Source: a virus. From it: 64,000 nt of DNA. This document shows, one piece after another, positions 1-10,277 of the stretch (its first letter is position 1; each line of letters begins with the position of its first letter). Below the pieces are notes generated by a model that saw nothing but the letters and a program-made list of their open reading frames with translations, was not told the origin of the DNA and did no database searches. The DNA lies in IMG/VR virus record IMGVR_UViG_3300002053_001113, positions 1 to 64,000 of that record; one strand, written 5' to 3'. Position numbers and translations under genes: made by a program.

Positions 1-1
1 T

Positions 2-157
2 GGAGGCACAATGTTAGATATACCAGACATTATACAACATTACACGGTTACATTACATAAAAAGAAAAGAACACAGTTTACACCAGACTTTTGGTGTAGA
101 GAGACAGAACAGGACACTTGGATTATCTACCCATGGGAACCCAAAGGAGGTAAATAA
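2..157 (+). CDS. Phosphoribosyltransferase (Gpt/HPRT-like), C-terminal part, truncated by window edge
   Basis: Manual translation GGTMLDIPD...TLHKKKRTQFTPDFW...WIIYPWE; end of PRPP loop (xGGT) and the WxxYPWE terminus typical of type I PRTases. Confidence 0.7.
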   Translation, partial: GGTMLDIPDIIQHYTVTLHKKKRTQFTPDFWCRETEQDTWIIYPWEPKGGK

Positions 158-158
158 A

Positions 159-338
159 ATGCCAATGAGAAAAGTTAGATGTGCAGTATGTAATAGAAAG
201 GATGTAGTGGATACATTAAGTCATACACCACAGGTACAGATTATGATTAAACCAGATGTTTGGGTTTGTAGGAGTTGTGTGTGTGATGTTTTATTGAGAT
301 TAAAAAAGGAAAATTGGACAACATTTGCAGGGGTTTAA
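159..338 (+). CDS. Small Zn-finger protein (59 aa)
   Basis: Manual translation MPMRKVRCAVC...VWVCRSCV; two CxxC motifs; GGAGGT RBS upstream. Confidence 0.65.
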   Translation: MPMRKVRCAVCNRKDVVDTLSHTPQVQIMIKPDVWVCRSCVCDVLLRLKKENWTTFAGV

Positions 339-439
339 ATTGTTAATTAAAGATATGGTTTATTATATTAGTATTTGCTGGGTTGATTGGAAAGATTTTA
401 TTAATGTTAAGTAATAAAAAAAGTTAGGAGGCAAAAAGA

Positions 440-1000
440 ATGGGGGAAGAACAAACCAAACTTAAGGAGTTTGATAAACAAGGACGAAAGAAAAAAGGAT
501 TTTTTAAGAAACTTTTAGATAAGACAGTAATACCAGACATGATAGCAGAGAAGAAAAAACAAAAAGAGTGGGAAAGGCAAGTAAGAGAAGAGGCTAGGCA
601 GGAAGCAAAAAAAGAAATGAAAGAGGAATATAAAAGATATATAATAGAGGAGGAAAAAGCTAAAATGATGAAGAAGAAAAAACCTATGTCAGAAAAGTTA
701 GAAAAATTTGGGAAAGCATTTGACATGGGAACAATTGGAAGCAGTGAAAAAATAAGAGAAATGTTAGGTAGTGATACTGGAACAAAAGTTGCAAGTGATG
801 ATAAAATAAAAAAGATGATAAGTAGCAATGAGGGCGAAAGCAAAGTAATGGGAGATGAAAAAATTAAAAACTTAATGTCTTTTAGGGGAAGTGGGGTTGA
901 ACGCAAACACATTCCACGAAAACGTAAAACAAAGAAAACAAAAACAAAGAAGAAGGAAGAGACATCTGACGAGAAGATTAAAAGAATGCTAAAGTGGTAA
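440..1000 (+). CDS. Basic/charged hypothetical protein with internal (D/E)KIxxM/L repeats
   Basis: ORF track; AGGAGG RBS; SEKIREML, DDKIKKMI, DEKIKNLM, DEKIKRML. Confidence 0.75.
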   Translation: MGEEQTKLKEFDKQGRKKKGFFKKLLDKTVIPDMIAEKKKQKEWERQVREEARQEAKKEMKEEYKRYIIEEEKAKMMKKKKPMSEKLEKFGKAFDMGTIGSSEKIREMLGSDTGTKVASDDKIKKMISSNEGESKVMGDEKIKNLMSFRGSGVERKHIPRKRKTKKTKTKKKEETSDEKIKRMLKW

Positions 1001-1001
1001 A

Positions 1002-1280
1002 ATGACAACAATTAATATATTAGATAAAGAGTGTTGGGTTTGTGGGGCAAAAGGTAAAATAACCTCACATCATGCAATTCCTCAACACATAAAACCAATT
1101 AAAAATATTGTAGTACCAGTATGTACTCGTTGCCACAAAAGGATTAATAATACTGATATAAGTAGTATGTTTGCTTATGCAGTAAAGATAGAAAAAGTGG
1201 CAGAGGATACAAGGAACAGTGCAAGTAAACTTAAAAATATGGTGGAGGAGGTTATATCACAAAAGAAAAATGAAGGCTGA
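1002..1280 (+). CDS. HNH-like endonuclease
   Basis: CWVC...SHHAIP...N...VCTRCHKRIN pattern. Confidence 0.7.
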   Translation: MTTINILDKECWVCGAKGKITSHHAIPQHIKPIKNIVVPVCTRCHKRINNTDISSMFAYAVKIEKVAEDTRNSASKLKNMVEEVISQKKNEG

Positions 1281-1455
1281 AAAACACGTTAGTATGACAG
1301 GTAGTAATGAGTTGTTTGGCGGTGCTAGGTTAAAAGGAACGCCAGTATGGCAATGTAATATCTGCCATAAAAAATTCCAAAAGAAAATAATGGCTATAAG
1401 CCACGTATTAAATAAACATGGAGGAAAGAAAGATGAGTCAAGTGACAGTGACTAA
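1270..1455 (+). CDS. C2H2 zinc-finger protein
   Basis: WQCNICHKKF...SHVLNKH; start moved to the ATG at 1270. Confidence 0.7.
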   Translation: MKAEKHVSMTGSNELFGGARLKGTPVWQCNICHKKFQKKIMAISHVLNKHGGKKDESSDSD

Positions 1456-1666
1456 ATTATCTCTTTGGAGTATTGTGGGCTATTTTGTTTTTTATTTGGT
1501 TACACACGTTATAATTGGAGTTTTACAGAGAAAGAGTTTAAATAAGTTGGAACAAAATCCTAATAATGAAGAGATAAAAAAAGAGGTTAAAATATTAACC
1601 TTTTTATTAAAGTGGTATCCAGCAATTTATGTTGTGTTTGTAATTTTGATGTTTTATGCTTTTTAA
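1433..1666 (+). CDS. Small 2-TM membrane protein
   Basis: Two hydrophobic segments; GGAGG upstream of the ATG at 1433. Confidence 0.65.
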   Translation: MSQVTVTKLSLWSIVGYFVFYLVTHVIIGVLQRKSLNKLEQNPNNEEIKKEVKILTFLLKWYPAIYVVFVILMFYAF

Positions 1667-2938
1667 ATGAATAACTTTAAAATACAAGTAGAGGACGAAA
1701 GTAGTTTATTACCTGAGTTTATAGTAGATGAAAATACCAATTTTATGTTATTATATGATTGGCAAAGGAGAGCAATTGAGTTCTTTAATAAAAATAATAC
1801 CTGTATTTTTGAGGTTACAACTGGAGCAGGAAAAACTTTTTTTGCAATTGAAATTATAAAACGTTTGTTTAAAGAAGATGAAGATTTAAAAGTTTTAATA
1901 GTTGTTCCTAAAAATATTATACTTGAGGATACTTGGTTTAAACAATTATATGAATTTGGTTTTACAATGGCTGATGTTGGAGTTTATTATGGTTTTACAA
2001 AAGAGTATGGGAGAAAGATTACAATAACAAATATGCAAAATTTAGAGAAAGTAGCATTAGAAATGTTTGATATGGCAATTTTTGATGAAATACATAATTA
2101 TGGTACTAAACGTTTATTACCATTTTTAAAGTATCCTTTTAAGTATAAGATTGGTTTAAGTGCTACTGTGGAGAGGGGAGATAAAATGCATTGGGAGATA
2201 ATTAAAATATTTAATTATAAAGTTTTTAAATATACACCACAGGAGGCTTTACGTGATGATATACTTAATCCATTTAACTTTGTTAATATTGCTGTAGAAA
2301 TGGATGATGAAAATTATGAAAGATATGATATATTAACACAGGAAATTAACACATTGCTAAGAATGGGTGGTGGTTATAAAAAAATAATGGCAAGTGGAAC
2401 AGGATTAAAAAATAAGTTATTAAAAAAGATGACAGAAAGGAAAGAGTTAGTTAATAATTATTCACGTAAGTTTGATGTTGTTAAATTAATTTGTGAGGAA
2501 CACAAACAAGATAAGATAATTATTTTTAATGAGTTTAATGAGCAGACATCACGTTCATATTGGTATTTGTTAGATATAGGTGTGAAGGCTTGTGTTGTTC
2601 ATAGTACAATGCCAAAGAAAAAAAGAGAAGAGAATTTAATAGGTTTTAAAAATGATAGATACCAAGTAATGTTGGCAACTAAGGTTTTAGATGAGGGTTA
2701 TAACTTACCAAAATTAGATGTGGCAATAATAGCAGCTGGGAACAGTACCAGTAGACAAACAATACAAAGAATGGGTAGGGTTTTGCGTAAGAAAAATAAA
2801 GAGAGTATGTTATATCAGGTTTATGTTAAAAATACAATAGAGGAAAATTATTCAGAAGAGCGTGCTAAATTATTTAAGGAGTTATGTACAAAATATCATG
2901 AATATTTATATAAACTTGATGGGGAGTTGGTGTTATAA
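1667..2938 (+). CDS. Superfamily 2 DEAD/H helicase (XPB/Rad25/ResIII-like)
   Basis: Q motif DWQ, Walker A TTGAGKT, DEIH, motif III LSAT, V LDEGYNLP, VI QRMGRVLR. Confidence 0.93.
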   Translation: MNNFKIQVEDESSLLPEFIVDENTNFMLLYDWQRRAIEFFNKNNTCIFEVTTGAGKTFFAIEIIKRLFKEDEDLKVLIVVPKNIILEDTWFKQLYEFGFTMADVGVYYGFTKEYGRKITITNMQNLEKVALEMFDMAIFDEIHNYGTKRLLPFLKYPFKYKIGLSATVERGDKMHWEIIKIFNYKVFKYTPQEALRDDILNPFNFVNIAVEMDDENYERYDILTQEINTLLRMGGGYKKIMASGTGLKNKLLKKMTERKELVNNYSRKFDVVKLICEEHKQDKIIIFNEFNEQTSRSYWYLLDIGVKACVVHSTMPKKKREENLIGFKNDRYQVMLATKVLDEGYNLPKLDVAIIAAGNSTSRQTIQRMGRVLRKKNKESMLYQVYVKNTIEENYSEERAKLFKELCTKYHEYLYKLDGELVL

Positions 2939-3999
2939 TGCCGACAGAAGGATTAGGTTTTGGAAGAAGACATTTAATAAGTAAAATTATAACAGAGAAT
3001 TGGAAAGTTGATAAACCTGAAGATAAGAACTATACTTATAATGAATTATTGTTTATTATACAGGAGATGTTAGATGAGGAAGGTAAACAATATTTTGAAC
3101 CAAGAACAACACAAAGAGGATTTCAAATTTTTAGAGATTTTGTTAAACATTTGATGTATAGGAATTTAGCAAATTTTGATAGTATGATTTTGATAACAGC
3201 CGAGAAAGGTGTTGGTAAGAGTTCGGCAGCAATAATGTTGGCAAGGGAATGGTGTAAAATGATTGGAATACGTTTTAATCCAAAACGTCATATTGCATAC
3301 AACAACTCAGAAGTAATGGCTAAGATAGAGTTGTTAAGGAAGTTTGAACCTTTAATTTGTGATGAGGCGATTCGGTTTGCAAGTGCAGCAGATTGGAACC
3401 GTCGTGAGAATAAGGAACTAAAAAAGAGATTAGCACAGGTACGTACCAAACATTTATTTTATATTTTGTGTTTTCCACTTAAGATTTATAAGTTGGAAAA
3501 AACTTACTTGGAGAGTTATGTTAATTATTGGGTTGATTTGTTTGGCAGAGGTAGAGGTGCCATTTATGTTAAAGATAGAAACCCAGTACATGATAGCTGG
3601 CGCATGAAGGAGTTTTTAAAGATAGGAAGTTATACTGAATTTACGATATTGAGTAAAGTGAGAGAAAAACTAAAAAAACATCCTAACTTTTGGCAAATAA
3701 TTAAATTTCCAAAACCACCAAATTGGTTATATGAAAGATATTTAAAAATAAGGGAAAAAAATATTTATGATGATGAAAATGTAATGCAGAATGTAACAAA
3801 GGAAGATATACATAATTCTTTGTTAATTTTAGCCTTACGTGACATAATGATGCACGATACAACATTAACAATGAATAGGGTTATATTACATATTAAGAAT
3901 GAATATGATATTAATATAACAAAGGGAATGGTTCAAAGTGCTATTAATGATGCAAAACAATTGATATCCAAAATAAGAGAGCAGGCCATACAACCATGA
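2938..3999 (+). CDS. P-loop ATPase, probable virion morphogenesis/genome extrusion (Zot/FtsK-HerA-like)
   Basis: Walker A ITAEKGVGKS, Walker B LICDEA, downstream QVRTKHLFYILCFP with arginine-finger-like R. Confidence 0.8.
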   Translation: MPTEGLGFGRRHLISKIITENWKVDKPEDKNYTYNELLFIIQEMLDEEGKQYFEPRTTQRGFQIFRDFVKHLMYRNLANFDSMILITAEKGVGKSSAAIMLAREWCKMIGIRFNPKRHIAYNNSEVMAKIELLRKFEPLICDEAIRFASAADWNRRENKELKKRLAQVRTKHLFYILCFPLKIYKLEKTYLESYVNYWVDLFGRGRGAIYVKDRNPVHDSWRMKEFLKIGSYTEFTILSKVREKLKKHPNFWQIIKFPKPPNWLYERYLKIREKNIYDDENVMQNVTKEDIHNSLLILALRDIMMHDTTLTMNRVILHIKNEYDINITKGMVQSAINDAKQLISKIREQAIQP

Positions 4000-4403
4000 C
4001 GGATGAGATTAGAGAAAAAGTTTGGAATATTATGTTAGTTGTTCAAGAGATTAAGGATTTTCCACAAACTTATAATACTATCTTAGGTAAAGATAGAAAA
4101 GATGGAACATTACAAACTATTTTAAGACGAAAACTTAATAAATTATGTAAAGAAGGTACTATTTGTAGAACCACAATTCCTGGAACAAGATTTGGTAAGA
4201 CAGTTTTTTATTGTTTGCCAAAAAAATATCATATTTTAATTGAAGCAACAAGAATTGGCAGTAGTGTTTATTGTTTTTTTGATTTTGAAAAATTAGGTAG
4301 GTATTATGTTAAAATTTCACCATATTGGAAATTAGAAAAAGGAAATTGGAACAAAAAAGATGAAAAAATTATTTTTGAAGGAAATGTCTTAAAGTGGATT
4401 TAA
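3996..4403 (+). CDS. Probable winged-helix DNA-binding protein
   Basis: TILRRKLNKLCKEGTICR...GKTVFY wHTH-like pattern. Confidence 0.5.
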   Translation: MTDEIREKVWNIMLVVQEIKDFPQTYNTILGKDRKDGTLQTILRRKLNKLCKEGTICRTTIPGTRFGKTVFYCLPKKYHILIEATRIGSSVYCFFDFEKLGRYYVKISPYWKLEKGNWNKKDEKIIFEGNVLKWI

Positions 4404-4458
4404 AATCAACAAGTTTATATATTAGATATTCTATAACAGTTTTGTAGGGGGTTTTATA

Positions 4459-4875
4459 ATGACAATACCAGAACTGGTTATAATAATATTTTTAACTCAC
4501 TACACCGTTTATTTATTAAAACTCACCAACAAAAAGTTTAGACAGAGAATACAAGGTACAAATAAAAAGTTAAATAAGCTACGTAAGATTCCTGTTAAAT
4601 CTTTGGAAGACCAAAAAAAATTTTTAGATATAAAGTATCCAAAAAGACAAAAGAAAAAATTTAAGTTTACGTGGAAATGGTTGTTAAATATTTTATTTCA
4701 TTTAGCTTTATATATTGGTTTTATACAAGGCTACAGAATATTTTTTAGATGGATTGGGTTTGAGCTTAAATTTTGGATGATAATACCTGTTGTGTTTTTG
4801 TTACCAATAATAATAAATTTGATTTTACGTAGGTTCAATTTAGAAAAAAGTGATATCACAAATTATTTAAAATAG
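4459..4875 (+). CDS. Membrane protein (3 TM)
   Basis: ORF track; hydrophobic segments; BRE/TATA at 4404-4421. Confidence 0.7.
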   Translation: MTIPELVIIIFLTHYTVYLLKLTNKKFRQRIQGTNKKLNKLRKIPVKSLEDQKKFLDIKYPKRQKKKFKFTWKWLLNILFHLALYIGFIQGYRIFFRWIGFELKFWMIIPVVFLLPIIINLILRRFNLEKSDITNYLK

Positions 4876-4886
4876 GAGGGATATAT

Positions 4887-5399
4887 ATGACAGTTTTAGT
4901 AACGGTTGGTAGACGAGTACCTCGTTCTTGGTTTAGAAGACAGGCAACAAAGGTTAAAGGACTTTTGTCATTTCAAGAAAATATGTGGATTATGATTTCT
5001 CAGAGTCTTAATATGGCAAAGAAAAAGGCAAATGCAAGTGGTAAAATAAAGTTTGTTCTGACAAAGGAAAGAGAAGAAGAAGATATGAATTATTTTATTG
5101 AATGGATTAAAATTATTATACAAGGTACAAAGGAACAGGAAGAGGAGGAATATAATGAGGCAATGCAAATGTATCAACCTTTAAACAAAGTATTTAAAAA
5201 AGATTTTCCAAGAGATGACAACCTTGCTAAACATTTTAAAACAAAAGTTCTGTCTGGAACAAAGGTTGATGAGGCATATAATAAAGGTTATGGTGCTATA
5301 AAAGATGGTAATATGGCCAACAAATTATTGGAGATGGGCATACTTACGCATATAGAATGGATAAAGGATTTTGATACTAGAAAGGGAGATTATTTCTAA
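4887..5399 (+). CDS. Hypothetical protein
   Basis: ORF track; GGAGG RBS. Confidence 0.75.
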   Translation: MTVLVTVGRRVPRSWFRRQATKVKGLLSFQENMWIMISQSLNMAKKKANASGKIKFVLTKEREEEDMNYFIEWIKIIIQGTKEQEEEEYNEAMQMYQPLNKVFKKDFPRDDNLAKHFKTKVLSGTKVDEAYNKGYGAIKDGNMANKLLEMGILTHIEWIKDFDTRKGDYF

Positions 5400-5404
5400 A
5401 AAAG

Positions 5405-5423
5405 AAAGTATATATATAAAGGA
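5405..5423 (+). promoter_or_regulatory. Putative late promoter (A-rich + TATATATATAAAGGA)
   Basis: Same motif recurs at 22563, 29959, 33590 and 35526, each upstream of structural genes. Confidence 0.7.
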
Positions 5424-5445
5424 GTTCTGATATTGTAGTAATTTA

Positions 5446-5718
5446 ATGAGGGTAAAGACTATTATTAAAGTCTTGTGTTTGTTAATGGTGTTGGGTATTT
5501 CAGGATGCCAGAGAACAGAATATTTTTGTGATTGTGAAAAAATGGGGTATGTTCCGGTGGAAAAAGCAAACGAAGTAATTATTCTAACTAATGAGTTAAT
5601 TGATGCAGCTAATGTTTGTTATGGTTCTGAAATTCATCATATTCCTTTTTTTAGAAGGGGAATTCCTGGAGATGAAGTTTTTAATATAAGTGTTATAAAG
5701 GGTGGTGAGGTGTCTTAA
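5446..5718 (+). CDS. Putative lipoprotein
   Basis: Signal peptide with lipobox ISGC. Confidence 0.6.
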   Translation: MRVKTIIKVLCLLMVLGISGCQRTEYFCDCEKMGYVPVEKANEVIILTNELIDAANVCYGSEIHHIPFFRRGIPGDEVFNISVIKGGEVS

Positions 5719-5719
5719 G

Positions 5720-8700
5720 ATGGCTGAAGTTAGAAGTTTAGGAGGTGGTAGGGTTACTACAACAAGTTCAACTGCAAGATACATAGGTGGGGTTGGACCA
5801 AGTCGTATTATTAGAAGTGGAGGAGGTGGAGGTGCAGGAGGTGGAGCAGCTGCAGCACCAGCACCAGCACCAGCACCAAAAGTTGTTAGTACAAGAGTAC
5901 AAAGGTTGCCAAGTGGCGAAAGTATAATAACAAAAACTTATGATACTGGTAAAGTTGAATCAACAACAAAAACAGTTTCTGGAGAGTATGTGCCAACAAA
6001 GGCTGAAGGAAAGGTTACAGTTGTTGGAGATACAACTGCAGAAGAAGAAGTTTCTTATTTTAGAGGAAGACCAGGAACTGCTGTAAAACTACCAAGTGGT
6101 AAAGTAATTTATGGTGGAACACCAGGACACACACTAGGTGATGTTAGTTTAGCAGCTGAAAAACGTGTTCAAACGTATGTTGGAGGAGTTAAAGTTGCTG
6201 ATACTCAACGTGTTAAGGTTGGTGATGAGTGGGTTAGACCTGAGACTGTTTTAGCAAGACCTGAAAAATATTCTACAGGACAATATCAAGAAGCACTTAA
6301 AAAACAAGCTGAATATGAGGGTATGAGGTATTTAAGTAAAGAAGAAGCACTAAAACGTACTGAGGCACAACGTAAGGTGGTTGCAGAAAAAGAAGGTAGA
6401 GTATATGAACCACTTGAGTCAGTAAAGAAAATAGTAGATAAATTAGAAACAACAACTGCAAAGTTAGAAACTCCAACAAAGCTTGGACCAGAGGAACAAA
6501 AGCCAGAAGTATTGGAACCAATAATTAGTGAGGCAGTTACACCAGAGATTGTTAAATTAACTGAAAAAGAATTTACTGCAGGAGATGCAGCAGATTTAAA
6601 TAAGTGGAGAACAAGGTTAGAGGATAGTGCAACCACGTTAGAGAAAGATATTATGGATTATAATGCTTATAAGGCAGAGGTTCAAGCTGAAATAGAAGCA
6701 AGAGCAGCAGATGTTGATGTATATTCACAAAGAGAAATTGATGATTATAATGCATGGCAAACTGAAAAAATAGCAGAAGTTGATGCTAGGCGTATGGCAT
6801 TAGAGGAGAGAAAATCAAAAATTGATGCTGATTTACAGGCTTTTGACGCTAAGCGAACTGCTTTTAATGTTTTTGTAGAGGAGCAAAATGCTAGAAGTGA
6901 GGCACAACTAAAAGATTTGGAAAAAATAAAAGCAGCTGAGGAAGCTTGGAAAGAAAAGTGGTTTGAGAAAAAAACTGAGGATGGGCAAGAAGTTTGGGTT
7001 GAGAAAAAAGGATTTTTTGAGAAACCAGTTTCTTGGCTGTTAGGTCCTGCAAAAATTGTAGCACAACCAATAGAAGGATTTATTAGAGGTCAGGACAGGA
7101 AAGGAGAATGGAAAGATGTTGTAAAGATGCAGGAAGACTATATGAAAAAGTATTATCCTGTTGACCAAGAGGCTGTTACTAAAGCTGCATTAGCAGCATT
7201 AGAAGATATAAGAAAACAAACTGAGGCTGGAACATTAACTTATAATGAAGCCAATGTAATGGCTCAGAAAGTGCAGGAAGGTAAATTATTACTTCAACAA
7301 CCAATGACTACTGAAGGACCAATTGAGGCTACTATATTAACAGCAGCAGGGATTGAAACATCACAAGGTAAGGCAAAAGAGTTAGCTACAGAATTTGAAG
7401 TTTATAGACAAAGAAAAGAACGAGCAACTATATTACCAGAATATGCTGCAAGCCCAGGTATTACACAAGATTGGGTTGAACAAAAAAGAGTAATGACAGA
7501 ATTAGAAAAAAGAGCAGATGAGGCATATACAAAAGGAGCTGCAAGAGAATATGGAACAATAGCAGCTGCAATTGTTGCACCAGCTATTATTGGACATGGT
7601 TTGACAGCTTTGGCAGCAAGTAAAGCTCCATTAGTAAGATTAGCAGCACCTGCTGTGCCTGCAGTTGGTAAAGTGTTAATGGGTACTTGGTTAGCTGGTG
7701 AAGCAGCACAAACAGGAGTTGGAATAGCAGAATTATCTGAAGCTGAAAGTGATATTGAAAAAGAGGCAGCAGTAAGAAGATTGACAGGTGTTGGATTAAG
7801 AGGTTTAGGGGCAGCAGCTGGAATAAGATGGACTATGGCAACAGAGGGTAAACCTCTTACTAAATTATTTGAAGCAGCAAAACCAATTACAGAACCTATA
7901 AAAACATTTGCTACAAAAATTACTCCGCCCTCTGTTCAAGTAGCACCAACACGTGCAGCAGCTGGTGTTGAAAGGTGGTTGCTTGGAACTAAACTTGGAC
8001 AAACCTTATGGCCAAGTGTTACAGCTTATCCTCCTGGTTGGCCACCAACTGTTACAACTGGTCCTAGAGTAGTACCACCAGAAACTATACCTGAATGGAG
8101 AGTTCCAGAGGGGGTTAGAGTTGGAGAAACTGGTGAATTATATCCAACTTATGCTGAAGGAGAGTATCAATATACATTAACAGGAAGAAGATTAGCACCA
8201 AGAGAAATTAGGGAACCATACAGAGTTTGGGCAGAAGAACCATATTTTGGTCCTGAGGTTCCGCGTGTTTTAACAAGTCAATATGAACCTTTTACTACGA
8301 GAGCAACAAGGATAACAATGGTAAGAGACCCATATACTGGTGAACTAAAGGTTGTTACTGATATAGTTCCGCGCCAACCTGTTGTTGTAAAAGGTAGACC
8401 TGGTGAAGAGATGCCAGGTGTGGAAGAAGTGTTTTTGGCAAAGGAGAAGGTAGAAGGTTTAATACCAAGAGCAACAGAAGAAGGTGTTAAATGGGTTCCA
8501 ATTGAGGAGAAAATGCCAAGTTTAACAGAAAAATGGTTTAGTGCTGTTGATACTGAAACAGGAATAAGATATGATATTTATCCTGACCAATTATTAAAAG
8601 CTGGAGACTATACACTTATTACTGACCCACAAAGTGGTAGGATAATTGGAAGAGCAGATAAATTTACACAATGGACAGAGATTGATAGACCAATAGACCA

Positions 8701-9946
8701 ATTAGTTATAGATAAAATCAAACAACAATATAAAATTAATTTGCAAGAATATTATCAAGTTCCAGAAACAACACAAACTGATATAAGGCAATGGACAGGT
8801 AGAGCAGAGCCCGAAGCTAAGACGTTTTGGCAGAGACTTGGTGAAAAAACAGGAGTGCTTAAACCAAAAGTAGTTGAACCAAGTGTTGTGACAGAACCAG
8901 TAGTTGTTGTTAAAAAAGCGGAAACAGGAAAACCTTATCAATATGAAGTTACGGCTGAGGGTGTTGATATTGCATTAGATGTGTTACCACCAGAACAACA
9001 AAGTATATGGAAAATGAAATTAGATGCAGCTAAAGCAGCTGAGGCAAAAGCAAGATATGAAGCTTTATCAGAAAAATCTAAAGGTGGTAAAAAAGTTGTT
9101 GAAGAAGAGGAGGAAGTAATGGCAAGCTTAGCAGAGCAAAGAAAGGTAGCAGAATCACAATTATGGGAAACAGCTGGATATGTTGCTAGACAACAGTTAC
9201 CAGTAATAAGAGCATATCCTGAGTATGCAGCTAGAACTGTTCCTGGGTTAGCTACTAGACAGCCAACACTTGCACCAGAAGCTGTAGCAGTTGCAAAGAC
9301 AACGGGTGTACCTATTGCTGCTACAGTACCTCTTTATGGTTTAGAAAGTGTATCAGTTCCAGTTGAATTGCCAGTACAAAGAATAGAGAATATATTAGGT
9401 ACACAACCAGCACTTGATGTTTTACCAGAATTGAAATTAGAATATGAGGGTGTTGTATTACCAATAAGTGAGGTTACTCCTGAATTAGATACTGTCGAAA
9501 GAACTGTAATAGAAAGAATAACCGAAGTTGAAAGAGTTCCTGAAACTGAGATTGTTCCAGGAATAGGTGTAACACCATCATTAACAGGAATTAAACCAGG
9601 TTGGTTGACAGGTCTTGGAATACCAGCAATAGGTTTACCAGCTGCAGGAAAAGGTGTTGATTATTTAAGAGGAACAATGGGTTGGACAGTTCTTAATCCT
9701 GTTAGAGATTTCCCAAGTGAGTTTTTAGCTAGACAGAGAGAAAAAGATAGGCAGAGACAAATGCAACAAATGATAAGTAGGACATTACCAACTTTTGGTA
9801 CAACACAACAGATAGGGCAAAGAATGATGACAGGAATGGGCGGAAGTGAATTACTTAAAGGAAAAATTACCACAACCTCAGTTCCAACAACTCAAGGACT
9901 AATGACTGGTATGGCTGGTGAAGATTTACTTAAAGGAAAAATATAG
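5720..9946 (+). CDS. Very large (~1400 aa) coiled-coil/low-complexity protein, possible internal virion protein
   Basis: Gly/Ala/Pro N-terminus, long coiled coil, central hydrophobic Ala-rich segments, C-terminal duplicated MTGMxGxxLLKGKI; start at ATG after GGTGAGGTG. Confidence 0.8.
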   Translation: MAEVRSLGGGRVTTTSSTARYIGGVGPSRIIRSGGGGGAGGGAAAAPAPAPAPKVVSTRVQRLPSGESIITKTYDTGKVESTTKTVSGEYVPTKAEGKVTVVGDTTAEEEVSYFRGRPGTAVKLPSGKVIYGGTPGHTLGDVSLAAEKRVQTYVGGVKVADTQRVKVGDEWVRPETVLARPEKYSTGQYQEALKKQAEYEGMRYLSKEEALKRTEAQRKVVAEKEGRVYEPLESVKKIVDKLETTTAKLETPTKLGPEEQKPEVLEPIISEAVTPEIVKLTEKEFTAGDAADLNKWRTRLEDSATTLEKDIMDYNAYKAEVQAEIEARAADVDVYSQREIDDYNAWQTEKIAEVDARRMALEERKSKIDADLQAFDAKRTAFNVFVEEQNARSEAQLKDLEKIKAAEEAWKEKWFEKKTEDGQEVWVEKKGFFEKPVSWLLGPAKIVAQPIEGFIRGQDRKGEWKDVVKMQEDYMKKYYPVDQEAVTKAALAALEDIRKQTEAGTLTYNEANVMAQKVQEGKLLLQQPMTTEGPIEATILTAAGIETSQGKAKELATEFEVYRQRKERATILPEYAASPGITQDWVEQKRVMTELEKRADEAYTKGAAREYGTIAAAIVAPAIIGHGLTALAASKAPLVRLAAPAVPAVGKVLMGTWLAGEAAQTGVGIAELSEAESDIEKEAAVRRLTGVGLRGLGAAAGIRWTMATEGKPLTKLFEAAKPITEPIKTFATKITPPSVQVAPTRAAAGVERWLLGTKLGQTLWPSVTAYPPGWPPTVTTGPRVVPPETIPEWRVPEGVRVGETGELYPTYAEGEYQYTLTGRRLAPREIREPYRVWAEEPYFGPEVPRVLTSQYEPFTTRATRITMVRDPYTGELKVVTDIVPRQPVVVKGRPGEEMPGVEEVFLAKEKVEGLIPRATEEGVKWVPIEEKMPSLTEKWFSAVDTETGIRYDIYPDQLLKAGDYTLITDPQSGRIIGRADKFTQWTEIDRPIDQLVIDKIKQQYKINLQEYYQVPETTQTDIRQWTGRAEPEAKTFWQRLGEKTGVLKPKVVEPSVVTEPVVVVKKAETGKPYQYEVTAEGVDIALDVLPPEQQSIWKMKLDAAKAAEAKARYEALSEKSKGGKKVVEEEEEVMASLAEQRKVAESQLWETAGYVARQQLPVIRAYPEYAARTVPGLATRQPTLAPEAVAVAKTTGVPIAATVPLYGLESVSVPVELPVQRIENILGTQPALDVLPELKLEYEGVVLPISEVTPELDTVERTVIERITEVERVPETEIVPGIGVTPSLTGIKPGWLTGLGIPAIGLPAAGKGVDYLRGTMGWTVLNPVRDFPSEFLARQREKDRQRQMQQMISRTLPTFGTTQQIGQRMMTGMGGSELLKGKITTTSVPTTQGLMTGMAGEDLLKGKI

Positions 9947-9957
9947 GTGATGTTAAG

Positions 9958-10266
9958 ATGAACAAAAAAGGATATAGTACTGGTTTTACCTGGGTTTATG
10001 GATTAATAATATTGTTTGGATTAGGTATAATGTATATTGTGTTCAACCAAGTATTTGTAGCACACCTAGTGCCAACTGTTAAAGGCATAGCAAACGACAC
10101 TATGATAAGTGGTGATATTGATAATGCTACATTAACAGAAATAAATAGTGGAATTGATAAATATATGACGTTTTTTCATACTCTTCCATTTATATTATTT
10201 TTTATAGTTGTAATATATATGATAATTGCAGCTATAAGAAAGGAAAGAGAGAGTGAATATCGTTAG
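9958..10266 (+). CDS. 2-TM protein with class III (prepilin-like) signal MNKKG; possible minor virion protein
   Basis: MNKKG followed by a hydrophobic helix; second TM LPFILFFIVVIYMII. Confidence 0.7.
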   Translation: MNKKGYSTGFTWVYGLIILFGLGIMYIVFNQVFVAHLVPTVKGIANDTMISGDIDNATLTEINSGIDKYMTFFHTLPFILFFIVVIYMIIAAIRKERESEYR

Positions 10267-10277
10267 GAGGTAAAAAA

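Noticed and set aside
424-1011. Antisense ORFs in the track (e.g. 424-1011, 6286-6636, 11631-12155, 23066-23446, 47044-47490, 56679-57110, 58204-58596)
   Set aside because: Shadows of real genes on the opposite strand; F/L/S-rich composition, no RBS.
5820-5880. GGAGGTGGA and GCACCA microsatellites as phase-variation tracts
   Set aside because: In-frame Gly and Ala-Pro linker coding with unit lengths that are multiples of 3.
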